NCBI GenBank assembly: GCA_947172645.1
Contig: CAMWBY010000015.1
Location: 22,720 to 86,719, forward strand
Direction: 5' to 3'
Source of the DNA: an uncultured Lachnospiraceae bacterium
GTDB lineage: Bacteria > Bacillota > Clostridia > Lachnospirales > Lachnospiraceae
DNA: 64,000 nucleotides
Positions 31,684 to 41,056 of this stretch are shown here, one piece after another (position 1 is the first letter of the stretch; each line of letters starts with the position of its first letter). Below the pieces are notes generated by a model. That model did no database searches and was not told the DNA's origin. It worked only from the letters and a program-made list of their open reading frames with translations. Both the position numbers and the translations under genes were made by a program.

Positions 31684-31834
31684 GATAAAAATAGAAAGAT
31701 AAAATTCTACCGTCAGTTGAATTATCCTGGGAACTTCTAATGACTGATTATTGTAAAACCAGATTCCTTGTGGTTATGATGAATTAACCAAATGTTTTAG
31801 GAAATCGCAGACTAAGAAGGGATGGAGGATTCAT

Positions 31835-33085
31835 ATGACAGACAGCGTCAAAATCGGCAACTTTATCATGAATAAGAGAAAAGAAATTGGTATGACACAA
31901 CAACAGTTGGCGGACAAGCTTAATATTTCTTTTCAGGCAGTATCAAAATGGGAGACAGGAAACGCCTATCCGAATACGGAAATTTTGTGTGATTTGGCTA
32001 TGGCGCTGCACGTGACGGTAGATGAACTTCTGACAGGAGTTGACAGATTGGATGACGGCCTTTCTTACAGTAAGGCGGGAGTGGATATCGCCTATACGGA
32101 TACGATTAAAAAAGAGATGGCTAGGCATTTGGAGACGACTGACAGGCGGGTGTTAAATAAGATGGGAGCCTTCGCTTCCCTTTATGACATTTATTTTCCG
32201 GTGATGAAAGAACCTGTCCTTGTATTAAAAGCGGAGGAGCCGGGTTCCAAACAGAAACTTGCCATGGAATATGGATATACGGAATCGATTTGCCATGATA
32301 TGATTAACCATCTGGTAAATGACATCATTGTTATGGGGGCGAAGCCTCTCGCCGTGTTGGATACCATCGTATGCGGCAATGCGGAGAAGGACACGATAAA
32401 AAGCCTTGTCAAAGGCATATCGGATGCCTGTCGGGACAACGAGTGCGCGCTTGTGGGAGGAGAAACTTCTATTCAGCCTCTTGTGGTGGATGCAGGCGTG
32501 TATGTCCTGACTTCCAGTATTGCGGGAATCGCTGAAAAAAAGGATATCATTGACGGTTCGGCCATTCGGGAGGGGGATGTGGTTCTTGCAGTAGCTTCCA
32601 ATGGCCTGCATACCAATGGATATTCCCTTGTGCGGATGTTGATGGACAAAATGCCGCAGATTAAACTGGATAAAATTGACGGCGTCACTTTTATAGAACA
32701 GATTATGAAGCCCCATACACCGTATTATAAAGCAGTGAAGGGATTGTTTGGAAAAGATATGCTTCATGGCATGGCGCATATTACGGGAGGCGGGATAGAG
32801 GGCAATCTGGGAAGAATCATACCGGACGGAATGACGGCGGAGATTGATTTGTCCAAAATACGCCCGCTTCCTGTTTTCAGATACATTAAGAAAAATGGAA
32901 ATATAAGCGATGAAGAAATGCTGCGTACATTTAACTGTGGCGTTGGATTACATGTTGTCGTCGATGAGAAAGATGCGGCGGCAGTCGTTCGGCACATTTC
33001 GGAATACTATGCGTGTTATGAGGTTGGCAGGATTTGCCGTGGGGCAAAGAAGGTATCGTTTATAAACCGGTTGGAGTGGATTTAG
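31835..33085 (+). CDS. XRE-type HTH domain fused to a PurM-like (AIR synthase family) domain
   Basis: Residues 1-65 'MTQQQLADKLNISFQAVSKWETG'. The rest aligns to PurM: 'YSKAGVDI', 'VLVLKAEEPGSKQKLAME', 'LVNDIIVMGAKPL', 'GGETS', 'ASNGLHTNGYSLVR', 'AHITGGG'. Confidence 0.85.
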   Translation: MTDSVKIGNFIMNKRKEIGMTQQQLADKLNISFQAVSKWETGNAYPNTEILCDLAMALHVTVDELLTGVDRLDDGLSYSKAGVDIAYTDTIKKEMARHLETTDRRVLNKMGAFASLYDIYFPVMKEPVLVLKAEEPGSKQKLAMEYGYTESICHDMINHLVNDIIVMGAKPLAVLDTIVCGNAEKDTIKSLVKGISDACRDNECALVGGETSIQPLVVDAGVYVLTSSIAGIAEKKDIIDGSAIREGDVVLAVASNGLHTNGYSLVRMLMDKMPQIKLDKIDGVTFIEQIMKPHTPYYKAVKGLFGKDMLHGMAHITGGGIEGNLGRIIPDGMTAEIDLSKIRPLPVFRYIKKNGNISDEEMLRTFNCGVGLHVVVDEKDAAAVVRHISEYYACYEVGRICRGAKKVSFINRLEWI

Positions 33086-33130
33086 ATATAGCGAAGAGAG
33101 GTATAAGTTGATAAAGACAGGAGAAGACAC

Positions 33131-33811
33131 ATGGTTCTTGGAAATTTTGCGGCGTGGAATATACACAATATATTGATTCGTGTCATTATATCGGCAGTTT
33201 TGGGCGGTGTAATCGGTTTAGACCGGGGTATGAAACACCGTGGAGCGGGGACGAAGACAATCACTATCGTCTGCCTTGGCGCCACTCTTGTAATGTTGAC
33301 GGAGCAGTATATCCAGATAAATTTCCCGGGACTTGCCAATATGAACCGTCTTGCGGCGCAGGTAATCAGCGGCGTAGGTTTTATCGGTGTGGGGACAATC
33401 ATTGTATCGAAACACCGGGTCAGAGGACTAACCACAGCCGCAACGCTCTGGGCCAGCGCATGTGTGGGACTTGCCGTGGGAATTGGGTTTGTTGAAGGCG
33501 GTGTGTTGATTACGCTGATGATGCTTGTTTCTCTGCATGTACTTCCCTTCGTGGAGCGGTTTGCCACGAAACATTCCCGTTATTGCAATGTATTTATCGA
33601 CTTAGAGAAAAGCCAGCACTTGCATGTGGTGGTACATAACCTGAAAGAAGCGGGGATTATCATAGATTCTATGGAGATGAGTGAGCCCAAAGTTGCAGGA
33701 GAAGGAATATCCGTGCATCTGGTGCTCTATACGAGAAGAGCGGCACAGCGCACGGATATCTATGATATTCTTATGAAGCTTGATGAAGTGATGTCGGTGG
33801 ATTTTTTATAA
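33131..33811 (+). CDS. MgtC/SapB-family membrane protein
   Basis: 'RVIISAVLGGVIGLDRGMKHRGAGTKT' and 'AAQVISGVGFIGVGTII' MgtC core, plus a C-terminal ACT-like soluble domain. Confidence 0.88.
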   Translation: MVLGNFAAWNIHNILIRVIISAVLGGVIGLDRGMKHRGAGTKTITIVCLGATLVMLTEQYIQINFPGLANMNRLAAQVISGVGFIGVGTIIVSKHRVRGLTTAATLWASACVGLAVGIGFVEGGVLITLMMLVSLHVLPFVERFATKHSRYCNVFIDLEKSQHLHVVVHNLKEAGIIIDSMEMSEPKVAGEGISVHLVLYTRRAAQRTDIYDILMKLDEVMSVDFL

Positions 33812-33820
33812 AATAAAATT

Positions 33821-35629
33821 TTAAGGTTGTATAACTGCATTGAAAACCATATCGGATTGAACAGGCGTACCAGGTTCCGGCGGTATGCCGTTGTCTGAGG
33901 ATACCCATCCGATAAATTGTGCGCCTTCCAATTCTATATCCGGAAGTTCCGGTAAAGCTTCGTTGTCGAAAGCGTATAGAGTTGCATAGGTTATGCCGTC
34001 AATTTGCAGTGTAATTTGGTGTACGGCAACCTGTTCAATCCATGCCTTGTCTAAGAACTCTTTGCGCCCATGTATATAGTCTTCCAGGAAAGTAATTTCT
34101 GTACTTCTCTCCCCTGGATAACCGTTTTCAATATAAATGTGTTCCCAACGCTGCTTGTCCATTTCGGAGGAAGCGGCAGTGGTTTCAGAAAGTTTGGGAA
34201 GTATTTCATCGGCCAGGACAGTGAGGTAGGGGCTGATTTCATCTTGGTAGCAGGTAATAATTTTCTCATAAACCTCTGGTTTTTTATATAAATTGTGGAA
34301 CCAGACAGAGGAATCAATGTGGGCTGCAAGCTTTGAAAGTCTGTTGGGTGAAGTGGGAATGTAGCCTAGATAAGATGGTGCATTTCCAAATGAAATATCA
34401 TAATCCCAGACCGGCCCTGCATATAATTTTCCGTCCTTGGTATCGGAATCTTTATAGAAATAGGAACTTGCCACACCCCCGTCATAATTTGCCGTTACTT
34501 CCTCCAACAAGTATTTACGGACGAAAGAATCCACGTCGATTAAGTCTTGATAAGATTTTCCTGTGTTTTTGTCGACGCCTTCAGAAGAAAGAATGGCATT
34601 TTCCGCGTTTTGTATGTATTGTTCTATATAGGTAATCTGTTCTTGTGAAGCATATTCCGGAGAGCGCACAATAAAGTGTTCTTTTCCTTCCGTGATAAAA
34701 TAACTCCCATTGATTTCCACTTCCTTTAAAAACCGGTTATCGAAATCGCGTTCAATCAAGTAACCGCCTGTGATATCCGCTGGATTTTTTGGAATCTGTT
34801 TGGATTTGGTGGTGTCAGTCCATGCGGTTTCATAAGAACTGAAATCTTCATTTCGGTTTAAATGTTTTGTTTGCTCTTCTAAATCCGTTATGGAAAGCCT
34901 GTTCTTTTTGATTTCGATTTTTTCTACTACATAGTAATTTCCGACATATTCGCCATTTAGATAGAGGTCGATAAAAGTTCCTTCATCAGATTGTGGAAGT
35001 CCTAAATGTTTTCCAAGGTTTCTTGCCAGTGCATTCCGCAGTAAAGTGGAATCAGGGGCATTGGAAATAAGAATCCATTTTTTTCCGGAATCCATTCCAA
35101 GAAATGGAACAGACTTTGTCAGTTTGATTTGGTAAGGTTTCTTATCAAATTCTGTATAAGAAGTGTTTCCTCTTCCCTTAATGTACTCAAGGGGGTGCCG
35201 CAGGCTGACGCTGCCGTCTGCTTCCAGTACTGTGACGGTACCGGATTCTTTGACATCTTTATTGTTGTTTATATTGTCGGACGTACCCGAATCGGTATCA
35301 ATGAAAACCGCCGGAATATGTTCGGAGTACATCCAGACAATGGAAGAAGAGTCTATTCCTTCTGAAATCTCCGGTTTCAGGTCAGTGTTTTTATATGCGG
35401 CAGGAAGAAAAGCATAGTATTTTCCGTCTTTTTCCCATAGAGAAATCTTATGCTCTTCTATCAATATATAAGGTTGTTGCTCTGCAAGAAATACATTTGC
35501 GCTGCCTGCCGATACATGGTTCGCATTATCTGTTATGAAATCTTCCAATGTGATAAAACTTAGCAGTGAAGCAAATAAGGTTATCATGCATATGCGCGTT
35601 GCATTTTTATGCCTAGTATTTTTCGTCAT
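33821..35629 (-). CDS. Signal-anchored CotH-family (atypical kinase fold) protein with a C-terminal Listeria/Bacteroides-type repeat
   Basis: The ATG at 35629 overlaps the xth stop (ATGA). N-terminal hydrophobic anchor, CotH-like core ('[12 protein letters not shown]', '[12 protein letters not shown]'), C-terminal 'FIGWVS' repeat-like module. Confidence 0.7.
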   Translation of the reverse strand: MTKNTRHKNATRICMITLFASLLSFITLEDFITDNANHVSAGSANVFLAEQQPYILIEEHKISLWEKDGKYYAFLPAAYKNTDLKPEISEGIDSSSIVWMYSEHIPAVFIDTDSGTSDNINNNKDVKESGTVTVLEADGSVSLRHPLEYIKGRGNTSYTEFDKKPYQIKLTKSVPFLGMDSGKKWILISNAPDSTLLRNALARNLGKHLGLPQSDEGTFIDLYLNGEYVGNYYVVEKIEIKKNRLSITDLEEQTKHLNRNEDFSSYETAWTDTTKSKQIPKNPADITGGYLIERDFDNRFLKEVEINGSYFITEGKEHFIVRSPEYASQEQITYIEQYIQNAENAILSSEGVDKNTGKSYQDLIDVDSFVRKYLLEEVTANYDGGVASSYFYKDSDTKDGKLYAGPVWDYDISFGNAPSYLGYIPTSPNRLSKLAAHIDSSVWFHNLYKKPEVYEKIITCYQDEISPYLTVLADEILPKLSETTAASSEMDKQRWEHIYIENGYPGERSTEITFLEDYIHGRKEFLDKAWIEQVAVHQITLQIDGITYATLYAFDNEALPELPDIELEGAQFIGWVSSDNGIPPEPGTPVQSDMVFNAVIQP

Positions 35630-36378
35630 TTGATTAGTAACCCCACCGGGCAATGGTCGGAACCCATTACGTCTTTATAAATGATAGCATCCTGTAGCCT
35701 GTCTTTCAGGCATTCCGATACAAGAAAATAATCGATACGCCACCCGGCATTCTTAGTCCTGGCGCTGAAACGGTAAGACCACCAGGAATAAGCGCCTTCC
35801 AAGTCAGGATAAAAGTGCCGGAATGTATCGATAAAACCTGCCTCAGTCAATGCCGTAAACTTCGCCCTCTCCTCGTCGGTGAAACCGGCGTTCATGCGGT
35901 TTGTCTTCGGGTTTTTTAAGTCAATCTCTTTGTGAGCCACATTTAAATCCCCGCAGAAAATGACGGGTTTTGTTTCTTCTAACTTTTTCAGATAGCATAA
36001 GAAATCTTCTTCCCATTTCATACGATAATCTAACCGGGCAAGTTCGTTCTGGGAATTGGGTGTATACACGGTGATAAGATAATAATCAGGATATTCCAGC
36101 GTGATAACGCGTCCTTCATGGTCGTGTTCTTCGACTCCTATACCATAGTTTACTGAAACAGGCTCTTCCTTCGTGAAAACAGCAGTCCCTGAATATCCTT
36201 TCTTCTCGGCATAATTCCAATACTGATGATAACCTGGCAGGTCTAAGTCAATCTGTCCTTCCTGCAATTTCGTCTCCTGGACACAGTAAATATCTGCGTC
36301 CTCAGCCTTCACAAAGTCCAGGAATCCTTTGCCCACGCAGGCCCTTAACCCATTGACATTCCATGATATGAATTTCAT
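35626..36378 (-). CDS. xth: Exodeoxyribonuclease III
   Basis: '[13 protein letters not shown]', 'YCVQETK', 'GDLNVAH', C-terminal 'GSDHCPV'. The ORF-track start at 36414 is a short extension. Confidence 0.93.
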   Translation of the reverse strand: MKFISWNVNGLRACVGKGFLDFVKAEDADIYCVQETKLQEGQIDLDLPGYHQYWNYAEKKGYSGTAVFTKEEPVSVNYGIGVEEHDHEGRVITLEYPDYYLITVYTPNSQNELARLDYRMKWEEDFLCYLKKLEETKPVIFCGDLNVAHKEIDLKNPKTNRMNAGFTDEERAKFTALTEAGFIDTFRHFYPDLEGAYSWWSYRFSARTKNAGWRIDYFLVSECLKDRLQDAIIYKDVMGSDHCPVGLLIK

Positions 36379-36422
36379 AGTTTTTATTATTCCTTTCTGC
36401 ACTGCATTCAGCACTCAATTTT

Positions 36423-37481
36423 TTACTGGGGGTAATATTCTTTTATAAACTTCTCCACAATCTCCTGCGACAAATCATACATCCCGTCCAGCCGCTCTTC
36501 ATAGTTCTCCATAGTGAGCCGTTCTTCCCCTTTCGCCAGTTTATCATAGACAACATAGTTAATATCCTTGGAAAAGTGAATCATATCCATATAATGGTCC
36601 AAGTTTGTGATAATCTCTTTGTCATCCTGATAGAAGTAGATTTCTACATTGGGGTATTCCAGAAGAGCCTTTACCGCCTGTTTCTCATTGTAAATGACGG
36701 CGTCCCTCTCTCCGGTTCTGTATGCATTGTCCCACCATAGCATAGAATAGGGAGAAAAGAAAAATTTAAATGTAGTATCCGGGTGCGCCTCGACCTGCGC
36801 GGTGAGAAGCGCAATATTCCCTGAAAGCTGTTCGGCATTCACGGTTTCCGGCTGCATGTCTTTGATGACAGGCGGGCGGGTATACATTCCCATTGCCATA
36901 TCCTGTCCGAAATACTTCCATTGCGCCCAGTTATAAGAATTTCCTTCGTCATAGTCTCCGATAAAGGAATAGGCTAACATATAAGGAAGTTTCTCCATCA
37001 GCACGTCTTTGTTGAGAAGGTAAGGATAATCGTTCAAAAGATTCTTGTCATACAAGTACATAGGGCATCCGGTGGATACATAAGTGGGTTCTGTGCTTGC
37101 CGACAGGGAGGAAGGGTCTATGTTGTAGAATACGTATTTCAGCTCATGCCCTTCATAGGCATTGTCAAGCAGATAGCACAGGTCGGCGGTGGCGCCGTAG
37201 GAGCGGATTGCCTTGACGGTTGTACATCCGAAACCTTCGTCAAACCAGTGGTTATTATAATTTTCGCAGACAGAGGAGCCCACAATAAGCGCGTCATAAT
37301 CAAAAGTGCGTAATGTACCGATACATTGGTACTCTTTGTCGGTGAGCACAGCTTTTAAACCAGGTAAGGGTTTATGATATTGGTAAAAGGGGTCAAAAAC
37401 AACCACCAGGGCAATCACTGCTGCCAGGAGAACCAGTGTACGTATGAAAAATGATTTGATAAATTTCCGGTCAGTATTCAT
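36423..37481 (-). CDS. Membrane-anchored DltD-like / SGNH-like accessory protein of the MBOAT acyltransferase
   Basis: N-terminal TM helix, 'LIVGSSVCE' (GSS serine motif as in DltD), C-terminal 'DMIHF' (DxxH). Lies 17 nt downstream of the MBOAT gene. The assignment rests on motifs and context only. Confidence 0.45.
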   Translation of the reverse strand: MNTDRKFIKSFFIRTLVLLAAVIALVVVFDPFYQYHKPLPGLKAVLTDKEYQCIGTLRTFDYDALIVGSSVCENYNNHWFDEGFGCTTVKAIRSYGATADLCYLLDNAYEGHELKYVFYNIDPSSLSASTEPTYVSTGCPMYLYDKNLLNDYPYLLNKDVLMEKLPYMLAYSFIGDYDEGNSYNWAQWKYFGQDMAMGMYTRPPVIKDMQPETVNAEQLSGNIALLTAQVEAHPDTTFKFFFSPYSMLWWDNAYRTGERDAVIYNEKQAVKALLEYPNVEIYFYQDDKEIITNLDHYMDMIHFSKDINYVVYDKLAKGEERLTMENYEERLDGMYDLSQEIVEKFIKEYYPQ

Positions 37482-37498
37482 CTGCTATTCCTTTATTT

Positions 37499-39010
37499 TT
37501 AGAAATTAAAATATAAGAATGTGCTTACCTGAGACAGTGATACAATGCACCAGATAAGCAGGATACAAATGCACCAGCATCGTTTTGAGGTCAGTTCGCC
37601 TTTCATCGTCCGCTCATAAGCATTGGGCCTGGAAATCAAATAGAACGCCAGGATAAAGAGCAGGAACATCAAAATAAGGTACATATATTTCACGAAGTCC
37701 GGCGCTGCCAGTTCAAGGGCCTGCCTGATGACATAGATTTCGGAAATATCAAGCTGTGCGGCGACTTCATAGATTTTGCCTGTGAAGTGCCCGGAAAACA
37801 GGTTTTCAAATAATTGGAGAGCGGCCCTCATGCTTCCGCTTCTGAAGAAGAAGAGGGACATGTTAAACAGTGTGAAAGTAAAAATCCATCCAAGCCATGC
37901 GGGAATCTGAAAACGGGCGGGCCTTTTCCCGTCGTGTCCTTTTACGCCTATGATGCCCAGATTGTCCCATACTACCAATAATCCGTGCATGGCGCCCCAT
38001 GCCACATAAGTCCATGCCGCACCGTGCCATAAGCCGCTTAATAAGAAAATGACAAAAGTGTTGATTAACATCCGCACCCTGCCCTTTTTACTGCCTCCCA
38101 GGGGGATGTATACATAAGTAATGAAAAAACGGGAAAGCGTAATATGCCATCTTTGCCAAAATTCTTTTATACTGCATGCCCGGTAAGGCGCGTTGAAATT
38201 GACGGGCAGCTCAATGTTGAACATCTTGCCGAGTCCCATGGCCATGTCGGAGTAACCGCTGAAATCAAAATAAAGTTCAAATGTATAGGATAAAATAACG
38301 GCAATTGTGGAAATACTGTCCAGGGAGAAAGTCTGGGCGAATCCATAGTTTGCCATCAGTGCAAAAGTGTCCGCCAAGAGTACCTTTTTTGCAAGCCCTA
38401 GTATGAAAAGATAGATGCCTCTGGAAAAGGAGGACGGGTTAAAACTGCGTTTGGAGACGTCCTCAAACTGAGGAATCATTTCTTTATATAGTACGATAGG
38501 CCCGGCAATCAACTGCGGGAAAAAAGTGACGAAGGTAACATAGTTTAGCAGAGAATAATGCTCCGATTTTCCAAGGCATCTGTCAATAATGAAAGATAAC
38601 TGCTGGAAAGTGAAAAAGCTGATACCAAGAGGCAGCAGTATATGTTTCAATGTGAAATCCGTGTGGAAAGCAAGGTTTATATTTTCAATAAAGAAATCAT
38701 AATATTTAAAATAAAACAGTATACCCAGGTTTAAGGTGACGCCGGTAAACAGCCCTACGCGGTTGAAGAGACGTGCATGGGGCGAGTCGGCAGGCACACG
38801 CGCCAGAAGATAACTTAAGAGATAATTGGCCCCGATACTGCACAGGATGATTGCCAGGTAATAGGCGTTGAAGTATCCATAAAACCACAAAGACATGCCT
38901 GCCAGGAACAAGTTGGCGAGGGAATATCTCTTATAGCGGTTGAATGTGTACCATCCGGCCAGCACCAGTGGCAGAAAAATAAAAATAAAAATATATGAAT
39001 TGAATAACAT
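37499..39010 (-). CDS. MBOAT-family membrane O-acyltransferase (AlgI/DltB/PatA-like)
   Basis: About 11 TM helices, 'FWQRWHITLSRFF' and 'LLSGLWHGAAWTY' (the invariant His region of MBOAT). Confidence 0.9.
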   Translation of the reverse strand: MLFNSYIFIFIFLPLVLAGWYTFNRYKRYSLANLFLAGMSLWFYGYFNAYYLAIILCSIGANYLLSYLLARVPADSPHARLFNRVGLFTGVTLNLGILFYFKYYDFFIENINLAFHTDFTLKHILLPLGISFFTFQQLSFIIDRCLGKSEHYSLLNYVTFVTFFPQLIAGPIVLYKEMIPQFEDVSKRSFNPSSFSRGIYLFILGLAKKVLLADTFALMANYGFAQTFSLDSISTIAVILSYTFELYFDFSGYSDMAMGLGKMFNIELPVNFNAPYRACSIKEFWQRWHITLSRFFITYVYIPLGGSKKGRVRMLINTFVIFLLSGLWHGAAWTYVAWGAMHGLLVVWDNLGIIGVKGHDGKRPARFQIPAWLGWIFTFTLFNMSLFFFRSGSMRAALQLFENLFSGHFTGKIYEVAAQLDISEIYVIRQALELAAPDFVKYMYLILMFLLFILAFYLISRPNAYERTMKGELTSKRCWCICILLIWCIVSLSQVSTFLYFNF

Positions 39011-39294
39011 ATAACTATGAAATTCCTTCCTGTAAATACATATTTTTCTATATGAAAGAGGAAACTATATTTAAGCATAACCAGAAACAGCCAAAATAAT
39101 AATAATGTGCGAATTTTGGCTTAATCTGGAAACTGCGCCTATTATATCAAATCAAAGACCCCGATGCAAGCAACCAAATATCTGGCTCTCGCGGGAATAA
39201 GTGCGGTGGAAAGATTGAAAATTAAAATTTTTAATCGCAAGTAAACAATGGAGCAAAAAGAAGAGAAACCAAGAAGAAAGGTATGGTGGTGAGA

Positions 39295-39924
39295 ATGAAA
39301 AAAAACGTGTCAACAACAATCACAATGATTCTGGCAGCAGGAATGTCTCTGCTGATGGGATGTGGAAATGAACTTCCCGAGGACGAACTGGTCAATAACG
39401 GGCAGGCTTTTGAAATGCAGAAAATCAGTGAAGACTTGCAGGCCAGCAATTTCCCTTTCCAGGAAAAAGAAAAATTTGTGACGTTGTCTGAATTAAAGGA
39501 CAGTGTAAAAGAGCTGATGGGAGACAGATATTGGCCGGAGGTGGATTTGACGAAAGAAGAATTGGAACGGAAAACGGGGATAACGGAGGATATGTATATC
39601 GATTTTCTGGCGGAAAAGCAGGTTCTGGACTCCCACATCGATACGATGATTATCATTCATGCCAAAGAAGCCCATGTGGGTGAGATTGAGCAGGCGCTTG
39701 AGCATTACCGCACAGGGGTCATTGAAGAAAACAAGAATTATCCGCAAAATCTGTGTAAGGCGGAGGCTTCCCGGATGGAAACAATCAACAATTATGTCTG
39801 TTTCGTGCAGCTTGGCGCCGATACGACTATCGTGGCGGACCAGGGTAAGGATGAAATCATCGCATTCTGTCAGGAGGAGAATGAAAGGGCATTGTATGTT
39901 TTGGAAAAAGCAATTCTGGATTAG
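39295..39924 (+). CDS. Putative lipoprotein (possibly DUF4358-like)
   Basis: 'MKKNVSTTITMILAAGMSLLMGCGNE' signal peptide with lipobox LMGC. The family call is uncertain. Confidence 0.7.
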   Translation: MKKNVSTTITMILAAGMSLLMGCGNELPEDELVNNGQAFEMQKISEDLQASNFPFQEKEKFVTLSELKDSVKELMGDRYWPEVDLTKEELERKTGITEDMYIDFLAEKQVLDSHIDTMIIIHAKEAHVGEIEQALEHYRTGVIEENKNYPQNLCKAEASRMETINNYVCFVQLGADTTIVADQGKDEIIAFCQEENERALYVLEKAILD

Positions 39925-40775
39925 GAATGTACACTGGCGTTTTCATATCTCCACTGTCTTGGCGAAATGCCGTATACGTTTTTAAATGCCCGGGAAAAGT
40001 GAAGCTGATTCGGATATCCAACCGCGTTTCCAATGTCGGCGACAGATAAGTTAGTCAGTTTCAATAATTCTGTCGCTTTTGTCATCCGGTAAGAAATCAG
40101 AAATTCCTGGGGGGATTTTCCCATATTTTCATGGAAAATTTTTCCAAAGTAACTTCTGTTAAGTCCGCAGGTGGCAGCAATGTCTTCTATCGTAATGTCG
40201 TTCTGGAAGTTCTGTTCAATAAAAGAAAACGCTTCCTTAATATAGAAATCACGGAGACTGTTTCCTTTACTTACTTGCGTGGAAGTAGAAGAACGGACAA
40301 AGCTGTCGATAAAAAGGTAGAGATGCCCTATCAGATGAAAAGGTGAGGCGTCTTTATGGTTGACAATGTACATCATTTCCGACTTCATTATCTCCGCGAT
40401 ATCTTTATACTGTGCTTTATAGACAGGCTGGTTCCAGTTAATGCCTGCCAGTTCAATCGTCTCCTTAGCCCGCAGTCCGTCAAATTCCAGCCATGCATAT
40501 TCCCAGGGAATCTCATGGTCTGCAATATAAGTACATATCTGATGAGGGAATAACATAAATCCCTGTCCGCTTTTAATCTGGTAAGTAACGGATTCTCCCT
40601 GGCTGTTTTGCGCAATCAGGGTTCCTGTACCGGACAGGCATAGATGGAACAGATAATGATTCCTGGCGGCAGGGCCGAAGGAGTGGGAAGGGTCACACTG
40701 TTCCCAACCGAATTGGTATAATCCCAGGTCAACAAAGTTTTCGCTTGGGAAAACCGAGAAGATGACTTCGCTCAT
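39921..40775 (-). CDS. AraC-family transcriptional regulator (cupin sensor + HTH_18), MsmR-like
   Basis: C-terminal 'ITIEDIAATCGLNRSYFGKIFHENMGKSPQEF' and 'VADIGNAVGYPNQLHFSRAFKNVYGISP'. Divergent from the sugar ABC operon. Confidence 0.9.
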   Translation of the reverse strand: MSEVIFSVFPSENFVDLGLYQFGWEQCDPSHSFGPAARNHYLFHLCLSGTGTLIAQNSQGESVTYQIKSGQGFMLFPHQICTYIADHEIPWEYAWLEFDGLRAKETIELAGINWNQPVYKAQYKDIAEIMKSEMMYIVNHKDASPFHLIGHLYLFIDSFVRSSTSTQVSKGNSLRDFYIKEAFSFIEQNFQNDITIEDIAATCGLNRSYFGKIFHENMGKSPQEFLISYRMTKATELLKLTNLSVADIGNAVGYPNQLHFSRAFKNVYGISPRQWRYENASVHS

Positions 40776-40996
40776 AATTTTATCTTTTCCTTTCTTTTTG
40801 TCTGATTTTTATGTAACAGCTTCTGTTTTGTATAAAATGTATTCGTCTCTCTTTTTCGTCATGATTTTCCTGTGAATTGTGTTAAAATCTCAAATTGAAA
40901 AAAATTCTTATATTATTATATATCAAAATGCTACTTGACTTCAAATAATTAACATAAAAGTAGCATTAAGATATATAATATATAAAATGCTGCTAT

Positions 40997-41025
40997 TTAT
41001 TGCTAGCAAAATGGTATGTTATAAT
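40997..41025 (+). promoter_or_regulatory. Candidate activator-dependent promoter of the sugar ABC/alpha-galactosidase operon
   Basis: Weak -35 TTATTG (40997..41002), 17 nt spacer, TGT-TATAAT (-10 at 41020..41025). A 9-bp inverted repeat ATGCTACTT/AAGTAGCAT lies upstream. Confidence 0.4.
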
Positions 41026-41056
41026 ACCGATACCAGAACAGGGAAGGAGAAATGCT

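Noticed and set aside
31684-31834. Possible purine or other riboswitch upstream of the HTH-PurM gene
   Set aside because: No purine-riboswitch core (conserved junction and loop-loop sequences) and no obvious terminator/antiterminator pair could be found by eye.
33082-33567. 161-aa minus-strand ORF overlapping the start of mgtC, plus the other long antisense ORFs in the track (32225..32779, 43306..43818, 44573..45082, 46589..47245, 58922..59671, 61984..62415, 50932..51363)
   Set aside because: Each lies opposite a well-supported gene, lacks an SD sequence and has a low-complexity or Arg/His-rich composition typical of antisense frames.
39089-39121. 9-bp perfect hairpin AGCCAAAAT / ATTTTGGCT with a 15-nt loop in the MBOAT/lipoprotein divergent region
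   Set aside because: No gene ends here, so it is not a terminator. There is no T-run and no second copy in the window. No function can be assigned.
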